DNA of 64,000 nucleotides from Octopus sinensis (Eukaryota): positions 90,458,001 through 90,522,000 of the forward strand of contig NC_042999.1 in the NCBI RefSeq assembly GCF_006345805.1. Direction: 5' to 3'. A model generated the notes under the pieces. That model did not search any database and had not been told where the DNA came from. It saw only the letters and a list, made by a program, of their open reading frames with translations. Shown here piece by piece: positions 48,821 through 60,049 of the stretch (position 1 is its first letter; the number at the start of each line of letters is the position of its first letter). The translations under genes were made by a program, and so were the position numbers.

Positions 48821-48970
48821 TTGACAGTGACTTCGAAGTATTGGTCAGCTAAGCCAATGTTGAACTGCTCAAACCCACACATCCAAAGATGATTTTAACT
48901 CAACAGAGACTATATAAAGGCAGAGCTAACTCTAATGCTTAGCTGACTGAATCTTGGAAGTCACTGTCAA
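48821..48970. repeat. 150-bp fold-back with 34-bp arms
   Basis: 48821-48854 versus the reverse complement of 48937-48970: 29/34. Confidence 0.85.
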
Positions 48971-49559
48971 TAATATTCTTGTTTCAGAATAGTAAATTTG
49001 TACTCTACAAAGATATAGAATAATCCATCAGATTAATGCAAAATTGTTTTTATTATAACTAAACATAAAAACAAACATTAATGAATTTATAATTATTTAT
49101 TCATATATATATATGTAAATAATATATAATATATATACACACATGCATATATGAGTATAGGACATCACCAATGGTGCAAATAACATGAAATTTGTAAACA
49201 AGGAGAAAAAAAGGGAAAACAGGACAAGTAAACACAGAGAAAGGACCCTTCATCAGTTGTCAGCTGTCTACTTCTTATTTTGTGCATTCAATGACAATAT
49301 GAGTGTTGAAAGACAGTTGCTATCATAAATTCTAAAATAAAATTTAGGATTTATGGAGGGTCAAATTTGGGAACAAAAACATGACAGTGGAGATATACAA
49401 GGAAACTGAACAAAAACAGTAAAGCGAGTTGCCACATCAAAGTGGCAGCTGAATGTTACTACTAGTTTAATCCCAGGCATGTTTAAACACGGCAATGCAA
49501 GTTAAAAGATGATTGCTGCAGGAATTAACTCTCAATGCAGATACTTACACAAAAGGGAC

Positions 49560-49633
49560 AGTGCTGCAGTGGGCTGGATGAACTAACCTTGCAGGCTGGA
49601 TCTGGCTTGTGGGCCATAGTTTGGTGACCCCTG
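49560..49633 (+). mobile_element. hAT (Charlie-type) terminal fragment
   Basis: Ends GGGCCATAGTTTGGTGACCCCTG, the reverse complement of a CAGGGGTC..CAAACT Charlie-type TIR. Confidence 0.55.
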
Positions 49634-50049
49634 CCCTGTATCAGAACATTTATCATAAGTCTAGTTGGAACAAAAAATGTTTTAATGTATTTGAACCTTA
49701 CTGTACTGTATTTGTGCTGTACTGTATTTGACTTTCTAACTGAATCTATCATTCAGTCTCTTTGCATTGTCATCATGAGTCAGAAAGGTAACTTAAATTG
49801 GGTCACTAGACCACTCTTTATTCTTTGAATGGTTTTCAGTCGTTGGAGTTAGGGTATGCAGAAGCAACAGTACTTATTTTTAAAGTTTGCTACATATTTC
49901 ATAAGTTTCTTTTTTTAGTGAATGACTAAATTATGAATATATACACAAACCAACAATAGTTGTCAGGCAGTGAGAGACAGACACAAACACACATACAAAC
50001 GTACACACACACACACACACACATACACACACACACACGAGTATGTGTG

Positions 50050-50205
50050 TGAGATCAGTTTCTGTACAGTTTCTATCTCCCCAATTCACTCAAGGTTTTG
50101 GCTGACCCAATACCATAGAAGAAGACACTTAACCAAAGTGCCAGGCAGTGCAACTGGCTCTGAAACCGCAAGGTTGTAAAGCAAACATCTTAAACACACA
50201 GCCAT
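50050..50205 (-). mobile_element. SINE family A, 5' part
   Basis: Decayed reverse complement of the family A head. Confidence 0.6.
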
Positions 50206-50223
50206 ACTTAACTAATAATACCA

Positions 50224-50456
50224 ATTTCTTTACTACCCACAAGGAGCTAAACACACTGGGGACAAACAAGGACAGACACACAGATTAAGTTGATTACATC
50301 GACTCCAGTGCATAACTGGTACTTATTTAATCGACCCTGAAAGGATGAAAGGCAAAGTTGACCTCGGCAGAATTTGAACTCAGAATGTAGCGGCAGACGA
50401 AATACCGCAAAGCATTTCGCCCAGCATGCTAACGTTTCTGCCAGCTCGCCACCTTA
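50224..50456 (-). mobile_element. SINE family B, full length, with 16-bp TSD
   Basis: TTAACTAATAATACCA at 50208-50223 and 50457-50472. Confidence 0.92.
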
Positions 50457-50640
50457 TTAACTAATAATACCAGCCAACTATCTCTCAAATCACATTGTAC
50501 TGTCTTAAAGGAAGAAAGGTTACACTACATTTAAACAAAAGGTGCAATGGCCATGAAATACCTATCATTTGTCTGCTCATTCAGAGATGACTTGGAACTA
50601 TATAACAGAAACACTGTTGCTATCATCATTGTTGGTATTG

Positions 50641-50673
<33 letters not shown>

Positions 50674-50857
50674 CCATCGGCATTGTTGTAATCATCATTA
50701 TTGTTCATGTTGGTATCATCATCATCATCATCATTGTCTGCAAGAAGTTTGTCCACAATTCTTCTGTGCCATATTGCTTGACAATTTAACAATTTACACT
50801 GTAGTTGATCTACATTAGAGCTCTCTCTGCTTTATTACAATGAGTGAATGCAAAAAA

Positions 50858-50888
<31 letters not shown>

Positions 50889-52599
50889 CAAAAAACTTCA
50901 ATATTTTCCCTTTTAATCATGTGTATTTTACCCATTATTTTTCTTAGTATCTTCAATAAAACAAGGAAGAAGGCATCCATCAGAATGTTTTCCATCATAA
51001 TAAAAATGATTATCTAGAGAATATAATGAACATTAAACCTCAAACATTCTATACAAGTCATTTCCTGCTTCTGTTCTACGGAAACTATATGATTCAGTAT
51101 AGATTATTATTGCCAATGTATGGGACAAGTGTTTCCATTGAACATGACTACCTTTGATTAATTGCCTCTATTCTGCTTACACACACACATGTGCAAACGA
51201 ACACATGTATGTATATATATTTATATACACACACACACACACGCACACACACATTTTTGCATACATGTACACATATTTAATGAAAGCATCTGTAAAAGTA
51301 TTTAGAACAACTTGATGTTATATTAATAATTTCATTCTTTCAAGAACTGGAAGGCTTTTTATCTTTCTTACCTTTATCAAATGTAACCCTTTTTATCTTC
51401 AGTATCTCAGTTTAAACCCCTCCTGATTCGATTCTTTCCTAACCAGTTATTTTAAATGGGGCAATATTCCACTGACTTCAGAAATTTTTCATGAGAGGAG
51501 ATGAAAGTAGAGAAAATAAGAAAGATAGGCTATGATTAGACAAAAGAAGAGAAACTATTAAGTGTAAGGAAGCAGAAGATAAGATCATGTTTATTGCATG
51601 GAATGAAACTTTATGATTATTGAATGTTGTATTCTTTCACATTTTCCCTAGCTTGAGCCATTACTGCAGCCGTGTTGGGGTTCCACCTTTAATTGTTTTA
51701 GTCGATAACTGACTCAAGAACCTTGGTGTTTACTCTCTAAATTTTATAAGACAAAGATGTCCTATACATAAAGGGCTGTAATTATGTCAGAACAAATTAT
51801 CTGGCAATATTTCTTCTAGGTGCATCAATTTCTTTGAAATATGACAAATTTCCACAGTTTCCAACTGCTGAATTTGATTCAAAGGCTTTAAATTATCCAA
51901 GGCTAAAGCCGATGGCATTTACTCAAATTGCAATACATGGAATGAAGACTGGAATCATATGGTTGTGAAAACTACATAACCAAGGCTACTATGACACAGA
52001 TGCACATTCACACATACATACACACACCCACATGAAATCAAATATGCATAATAGTTTCTCACACATTTACAAAGCCTCAGCTCTTGGGAAAGAGACAATG
52101 CTGCATGATTCTTGAAGCTTTTCTTAAACCAATAGTTACAGAAGTGAAGTGTAATGACTGCCAATAACATTATAGAAGGGATATAGATTTTTACATTTGA
52201 AGATTACATTTACATGGATAATCCATAGGAGTTAATTAGAGTTGGAAGATATCTTGCACCTGCTAAGGGTTATTATGACAACCATCACCATTAACATCAT
52301 CTCCACTACTGCTACTATCATTATTTTAATCTGCAATGAAAAACCAAGGGAATTTTTGTGTACTCACTTGAACTGCTAGAAATAGCTACCAAATCAACCT
52401 CAAATCACACTTTATCACTTAAAAAAGATCAAGTATACATTAGGTAATATAGTTGTAGACACACAAACACATTCTGTCTGAATAAACAACAGAATGGTAA
52501 CTGCTTGGACAGCTTTGACTAAGGTCTGGAGGATTAGGGCTGACCTGAGATTAAATGGTAAGTCATTTTTATGTTTGCTTTTAGGTACTGACAAGGGGC

Positions 52600-53310
52600 T
52601 CCCAAATTTTCTATATAGTAAGCTGCCACTCCTCTCCGTACCAATTGACTCCTACACATAATCTCCTTATTTCTCAATGACCAACAGCTTTGTTATGCTC
52701 TCCACACAATTCTGTATTGCTACACCTTCCATCTCCTGAAAGTATCATTTTCCCCCAAAACATATTTACCATGAACCACACCTCCATTCTAGCTCCCCAT
52801 TCACTACATTCCCCTCTACCATCATTTCTAACCATCTGTCACTATCCTCTCACACTCTTACAAGCTTATCCCTTTACCCTTCTTTACCTTCTGATACCTT
52901 CTCCTCATCAGCTTCTCTTTCTTTTCAGCTGCACCCTCCTACTCCTATGTAATGTGGTGAAGCCATTTATCTCTGCTATAGCAAGACAGTTGTCCCTGCT
53001 CCTCTATCATACTGTAGCTTCTCAATACGGGAGGGGGGGATACAAACCATCCCCCTCTCTGCTGCATTCTTACTCAGGCTTTTTTGACTTGTGATTTATT
53101 TTGTAACCTCACTAATGGAGGTGCCATGAAAAATACACTCAGTACACTCTGTAAAGTAATTGGCATAAAAAAGAACATTCAATCATAGGAAACTGTCAAA
53201 GCAGACACTGGGGTTTGATGCAGTCCCTAGACTCAATGGATCCTATCAAACCATCTTATTCATGTCAGCATGGGAAAAAATTGTAAATGGTGATGGTGAT
53301 GATGGTATTT
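52600..53310 (+). mobile_element. Decayed RTE 3' UTR with (GAT)n-like tail
   Basis: A pyrimidine-rich UTR-like stretch followed by the CAGTACACTCTGTAAAGT...CAGCATGG...GATGGTGATGATG tail. Confidence 0.5.
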
Positions 53311-54039
53311 TCCTCTGCCACATATAGCTTGTGGAAAGTAATGCACAGTAAGAGATGAGTTTAGTTTTCTATGAAGTTTAGATATCTGGTTGAAAGCCAT
53401 TTCTCACAATTTATTGTGCTAAAGTCCTCATAAAGGGCACAGCATCAAAACAACCAATGTACCTTCCCATAAAAATATAAAATTTACTTCAGATTCATGA
53501 AAGCAATATTGAATAAAAAGGCAATTAAAATCAAGTTACTGATCAAATAATCAAATTTTCTATAACCATTGAATTAATGTTTGTGTCATGTTACTCCAGT
53601 TAATTCGGCATTAACATATCTTTGATATTTAGGTAGCTAATCAGAGTCACTTGATTGGCAATTGGCTTTGGATGTCACATAGTTATCATGATTTTGTTAG
53701 GTGTCATACATGTACAATATATGATTCACATTTTCAAAGCAGTAGGAAGCTTGATGGAAAAATTTTGGCTCAAGTATTAAGCAAGTCAAGCCCATATCAG
53801 ATAGCTGTCAATAACTACCATTATAAAAGAACATGAAGTTGCAATATGTGGCAGTAAAATTTGATCTCTTATTTGACTTAGAATTCTGTATCATTAATGA
53901 ATTAATATTAAGTTATATTGAAATATTTCATTTAGTATTTCATTATTTACTTAGTTTGGTGTGCAATGTAATCTTATACATATATAAAAGCAAATGCATA
54001 CATATTTATGTGTGGATCATTGTGTCTACGTTTGTCCTC

Positions 54040-54210
54040 GCCCCCATTACCACTTGACAACCAGTGTTGGTTTGTTTACAAGCCCATAACTCAGTGGTTT
54101 GGCAAAAAAACCCCAAAAGAATAAGTACCTGGGTAGAACAATAAGTCCTGGGGTCAATTTGTTTGACTAAAAGATGGTGCTCCAGCATGGCCACAGTTAC
54201 ATGACTGAAA
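54040..54210 (+). mobile_element. SINE family A, 3' part
   Basis: CTTGACAACCAGTGTTGG...GGTGCTCCAGCATGGCCACAGT..ATGACTGAAAC. Confidence 0.8.
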
Positions 54211-54289
54211 CACACACACACACACATACTTTAATGTTTTGCTTAGGCTTAGCAAGATTAATAACGTGGTGTAGAATTCAATATACATA

Positions 54290-55050
54290 TGCTTCACAAC
54301 ATAATATTAGATGGACAGGTGGCATGGACATCAATGGCAAGCAACTATCACACTTCTAATTTGCAGATGACATTGTAGTTATCATTGAAATTACAGACTA
54401 ACTGCAGACCATGCTTACAGAACTGAACACCCAAAGCTTAGCAATAGATCTTAAAATAAACCACATGAAAACAAAATATATGCAGTTGGAGGATGAAGCT
54501 CAAGGCTAAACAAAGGAGGAGATAAAGGAGTACATCTACTTGGGGCACATAGTAAATGTGCACCAAGTTATGGATGCTGAAATCTCAAAGAGAACAAAGG
54601 CAGGATGGAAGGTGTTTAACTCAATACATGATATGCTCTAAACAAAGCTAGACAATGCCATACATGCCAGTTTCTTCAACAGTGCCATCCTACCTGCACT
54701 CTGAGATGTGGGCTACTACAAAGAGGATAGAAAATTGATTGGCTACAATGCAAAGGGCAATAGAAAGATCCATGCTAGGAATATCATTAAGAGGGCACAT
54801 TTGAAATGGAATAATTCAAGAATGGAGTGAAGTGAATAATGTGATCACAGAGTACCAAAATCACAAGTTCTGTTGGGCTGGACATGCCTTAAGGTTCACA
54901 GACAACAAATGGACCTGTGCAGTTGTATCTAAGAGGTTGGAAAAGGCAACTTGGAAGGCTTGCGCAATGATGGGATTTGGTCAAGCAATTAAGGTCAAGA
55001 TGGAAAAGAACAGTGTAATCAAATGCATTGTGACCAGCAGTCAATACTGT
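54290..55050 (+). pseudogene. RTE-clade RT fragment from a second, more divergent family
   Basis: GMDINGKQLSHF*FADDIVV, EYIYLGHIV and WAGHALRFTDNKWT motifs. Multiple stops. Confidence 0.8.
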
Positions 55051-55251
55051 GACACTGAGATTTGATGGCCTAGTCAATACTGTGATACTGTGATGCTAGA
55101 TGGGTTGAAACGATTGTAGTGATCAATAAACATTCTCGTATCTTCCATCTTCCATCTTCCATCTCTCTCATTAAACAAATACTCAATGAACATTGTAAAA
55201 GTGATTGTGCTTTACCAATAAGCTACCAGGTGTATACCATAAGATTTATTA

Positions 55252-55652
55252 TCTAATCTTTATATATAAAAGTGAGGTTGTGTGCTGGCTGTCTCCTACG
55301 ATTTAAATTCCTAACTACTCCCACATTTTGCGGTGCAGTTTAACCAAAACCGGGTATCTTATAGTCATGATTCATATCAAGCCCTTCTGGGTATTAGCGC
55401 GTGTCTACGATGAGTCTACGATTTTAAAAATAATTTACCATTAATTTTTCCCATTTTTAATGCACTTTTGGCATATATAAGGGAAGTAACTCTCTAAAAA
55501 TTTATTATTAAATCTCAGAACGTAAAAAGCTACAGTAACACCCCTCCTTTGTGGTTAGCCATATTGAGATGGCTATTATACTTTACATCTCTAAAAATGC
55601 TTATATAGTTATTTCCCTTACAAACCCGAGCAACGCCGGGCGATACTGCTAG
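55252..55652 (+). mobile_element. Non-autonomous Helitron
   Basis: 5' TC after A, subterminal hairpin CCCGAGC-AAC-GCCGGG (55625-55640), 3' CTAG followed by T, no TSD. Confidence 0.85.
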
Positions 55653-55740
55653 TAATATATATATTAATCAATGAAATTCCAACTTTGTCTGATTTTTATG
55701 TTTTATTATTTGCAATTTTTACAATTTTACAATATTGAAA

Positions 55741-55780
55741 TAAACGAGTACTTTCATGTATTATGTAATCATCAGGTTTA
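55741..55780 (-). ncRNA. Minimal hammerhead-like motif (left arm)
   Basis: TAAAC-CTGATGA-TTACATAATACAT-GAA-AGTACT-C-GTTTA. Core intact, stem II decayed. Confidence 0.55.
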
Positions 55781-55842
55781 TGTAGTGACAGCTGTGATCC
55801 ACAACTGACAACAGTGATAATTGACACAGAACTGTCACAACA

Positions 55843-55882
55843 TAAACCTGATAACTGCATAATGCATGAAAGTACTAGTTTA
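55843..55882 (+). ncRNA. Minimal hammerhead-like motif (right arm)
   Basis: TAAAC-CTGATAA-C TGCAT A ATGCA T-GAA-AGTACT-A-GTTTA. Stem II intact, core G8 mutated to A. Confidence 0.5.
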
Positions 55883-56008
55883 TTTCAATATTGTAAAATT
55901 GTAAAAATTGCAAATAATAAAATGTGAAAATCAGACTAAGTTGGAATTTCATTGATTAATGTATTGTTCTATACACAACCATACAAATTCATATATATAT
56001 ATATATAT

Positions 56009-56096
<88 letters not shown>

Positions 56097-56869
56097 ATAC
56101 TGGGTTTTCAGCAAATTAGAATGAAGACAGAATGGATTAATTACAGTTTTTTTGAATTTACCAAAGATTAAAGATTACTGATGTTCAAACTGTCGAAATA
56201 ATGTTGTGTAAAACTACTAATTAAAAATATAAACAAGATTGTGAATAGTAACATTCACTTATATCAAAGTACAAGGATGAGTAGATGCCATTCATAACAG
56301 AGTAGCAATAGAGATTACAACTAAATATATATATAAAGTCAATATAAATACAAGAGATATAAGAAAATCAATTGCTATGTAAAATATCTCTGGGGATCGT
56401 AGTGGCATACAAAGTTGATGCATAGCTCTGGGTTACTATTACTTGCTGATTGGAACAGAACAGTTTTTGGATAGTATACTCATTTATTGAATGCAACATT
56501 CCCATAAGATCCATTTCCTAGAATAAGATGAAGTGGGGTATGCAAAGTTAAATATGATGTTTAGTTTCTTAGTCTATATAAATATTCTGCAGGGAAATAT
56601 TAACACATAACATTTCACTTTATGGTAATTACATAAATTGGTATAATTATATTCAATCCTTGTTGCAATCATAGGGAGTAGAATGTCAATATTTTGCATT
56701 CCATTTGCACTTTAATATTATAGGTTGATACAAGTTTCTATAAATTATCCAAATAAAATTTTGTAACTGTTTGGTTTATTTAAAACTATATTACATTCAT
56801 TTCTGCTTTGTGTATGAGACATGGGGGTTCTACAAGTCTAAGTGGCCATTGTTGGCAATAAATAGAGAT

Positions 56870-57104
56870 CTATTTCTTTATTACCCACAAGGGGCTAAAC
56901 ACAGAAGGGACAAACAAGGACAGACAAAGGTATTAAGTCGATTATATCGACCCCAGTGTGTAACTGGTACTTACTTAATCGACCCCGAAAGGGTGAAAGG
57001 CAAAGTCGACTTCGGCGGAATTTGAACTCAGACAATAGCGGCAGATGAAATGCCGCTAAGCATTTCACTCGGCGTGCTAATGTTTCTGCCAGCTCGACAC
57101 CTTA
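56870..57104 (-). mobile_element. SINE family B, full length, young
   Basis: CpG-rich copy close to 24002-24229, with short TAAATAGA flanking repeats. Confidence 0.9.
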
Positions 57105-57739
57105 AATAGATACCATCAGCCTCAGTATTCTGCTTTTTTCCCCAGCCCAGCCCAGGCTGCTGTGGTAAGCATCTATCTGTAAAGTAGAAGTGTTCATAAT
57201 TCAACTAGACTGTGGTAAGCAGAGTTATCAACCTTCTTCAACACAATGTATGTTGGAAATTTTGAACTGATGAGCAATTGGTCAATCATCCACCACTTCA
57301 TTTGTTAATACATATTATTATCACTGCTGTATAAGACAGTTTAGTAAGAGAATTGTTCAAAAGAATTCAATGAATAAAAATTGCTATCGATGCTATTCTA
57401 AAATGTTCCATGTTTTATCTATTTATTCATATACACATATATTTTTTTTTGTGTATGTTAAAAACTAGAGTCATATACTTCTTTGTAGTACTGCAGTTGA
57501 CATTTAGAAAAATCAGATGCTCCATCATAAAAAATGTCTGGAGCAAAATAAACGATATAGAAGAAAACTTCAGTATAATTCACAATATACTTGAACATGT
57601 CTTCATCCATCAAAGTGTTCTGTATTGGTCATTAGAGAAATAAAAGAGCAGGAATTCTAGCAATTATTGTCCATTTATAAGACATATAATACAAAATCTT
57701 CTCTTCTATAAATGTTTGGTTTTAATTGGTTCTATGTGC

Positions 57740-57920
57740 AGGCATGGCTGTGCGGTTAAGAGGTTTATTTTGGAACACTATACTTTGAGATCAAACCCAG
57801 AAGTTTATTTTGGAATAATATGCTTCTGGGTTTGATCCCAAAGCACAACAGCTTGAGCAAATACCTTGTACTAATGCCTTAGTATGATTAATACTTTGTG
57901 AATGGAATCAAAACTGTACA
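57740..57920 (+). mobile_element. Decayed SINE family A with an internal duplication
   Basis: GCAGGCATGGCTGTGCGGTTAAG head. GTTTATTTTGGAA occurs twice. Confidence 0.6.
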
Positions 57921-58413
57921 GAAGCCTTTCTTAGAGAGATCCTTCCTTACACACACACACACAAATGTGTATATGTGTGTGTATTTGGTTAGAGCATTCT
58001 GAAGTCAGTGTTATTTAAGTTGTGTTCCGATATAGCTGCAGTCCAATGACTGAAACCAGTAAAATTAGTAAAAGAAACTGTGAGTCAGGATGGCTGGATG
58101 ATGAGTACCTGACAATCAGTTGAGATATTAGCAGTTTAATAAAACTGTGTTGTATTCATATGTCCATGGTCAAGATTCAACTCTGAAAAGATCAGGATTG
58201 CATAGCTGAAAATAGATCTTACAAAGCAAGAATAAACCAGCCAGTCAGATAGCAGCAGCACTGTCAAACTGACAAATTGTTTTCAAATTATATGTCTGTA
58301 GCATATATCAAATATGGTGTGTGGAGTTTCTACCTTATTTACATTATATGCATTGACATATAATGTAAAGGAAGGATGTGATTACTCTTATTGTCATATA
58401 TATATATATATAC

Positions 58414-58586
58414 GTAAAAGCACCCACTACACTCTCGGAGTGGTTGGCGTTAGGAAGGGCATTCAGCTGTAGAAACTCTGCCAGATCAGATTGGAGCCTG
58501 GTGCAGCCATCTGGTTCGCCAGTCCTCACTCAAATCATCCAACCCATGCTAGCATGGAAAGCGGACTTTAAATGAGGATGATGATA
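58414..58586 (+). mobile_element. RTE 3'-tail repeat
   Basis: Aligns with 44635-44800. Confidence 0.85.
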
Positions 58587-58594
58587 CATATCTC

Positions 58595-58639
<45 letters not shown>

Positions 58640-59332
58640 TTGTATGTATGTATGTATGTATGTATGTATGTATGTATGTATGCATGCATACATGTATTTA
58701 TGTGTGTGTGCATGTATTAAATCATTGTCCTAGGTTTATATTATGTGGAGATAATGATAATGGCTTAAGCAATATGACAATGATCCAATAGATTAACTGG
58801 TGAGGAGAAAAAAATATATTAGGGAAGAAAAACTTGTTATGTTGCTGTGTTCATGTCTTTTTCACTAACATTAGCAGAGTAAGTGTAGAGAAATTGCTGC
58901 AACTGAAACTGGAAATTCAAGTTAATTTGTTAATTGTGGATTCAACCAACTCACAACACTGACTATGTTCTGTTCCCTCAATATTGAGTTCTTACATAAG
59001 CATATGAATGCATGGTCAAGAGTAAAGATGATTCTGTAACATTCATGCCTTTTTAGGAAATGAATATCATAGTATTAATAGATATGATGAATGAAAACTG
59101 GATAAGCAGCCTCTCTTCATAGATAGTTTATCTCTAAAATACAATACTTGCAATGTTAATTAAGATAAATTGATTTATTATCTTAACTAGAAGAGCTTTG
59201 AGATATTTGTCATAATCATGTTATCATTAAGATAATACTCATACCTCCTTAACACAATGAAGAGGATAGAGTAGTTTGTATTTCAGTTGATAACTATAAA
59301 CAGTTAATTATTAATTCTTAACATAACACCCA

Positions 59333-59371
<39 letters not shown>

Positions 59372-59719
59372 TCTCTCTCTCCCTCTCTCTCTCACACACA
59401 CACCCACACACATTTCCTACATTTAAGAAGTGTTCTGTTCCTGAAAATTTTAATACAGCATTGAGTTAAGTAATGAAATTTTAATTTTTCTGTCAATTTC
59501 CCTGTTATAAATCCTGATGGATTTTACCAAAATAAATAAATGAATAAATGAATAAAAGACAAAGTAAATAGCGTAACCTCTTTCATGCATGAAAATATTT
59601 TTTTTTATTATTCAGTACAGTATGTAAATGTATTTGCCTAAAATGAGCAATATTTGCTGAAACAGAATGCCTGGTACTGTGCCATTCTACAACAAACAAG
59701 AAGAAAAAAATGTATAACT

Positions 59720-59850
59720 GGCATGGCTGTGTGGTAAGAAGCTTGCTTCTCAAACCACACAGTTCTGGATTCAGTGCCATTGAATGGCACCTTAGGTAAA
59801 TATCTTTTATTATATCCCCAGGCTGACCAAAGCCTTGTGAGTGACATTAA
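59720..59850 (+). mobile_element. SINE family A, 5' part
   Basis: GGCATGGCTGTGTGGTAAGAAGCTTGCTT head. Confidence 0.75.
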
Positions 59851-60049
59851 CATTTTCACCTGGTGACTCATACGTTTCATGTGCAGTGTGTATGTGTGTA
59901 CATATATTTTGAGCATACCCCTATATCCCCACCTTATAACCCTCATATAAATGCCCTTATGTGTGTCATTTACAGTTGAATATTCAGATATATAATACTT
60001 AAACTGACCTAGTTAACCACTCTATTCTCATACCCACTTGTTGGCTTTT

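Larger units (their letters stand above)
55663..55960. repeat. 298-bp fold-back made of two inverted hammerhead-bearing arms
   Basis: 55663-55791 versus the reverse complement of 55832-55960: 119/129 identical, 40-nt spacer. Confidence 0.92.

Noticed and set aside
49240-49275. Minus-strand CTGATGA in a repeat
   Set aside because: No downstream GAAA/NUH at a usable distance.
56480-56517. Minus-strand GNGSYGNV after a strong acceptor, resembling a kinase glycine-rich loop
   Set aside because: An in-frame TGA follows four codons later with no donor before it, and no other kinase motifs occur in the window.
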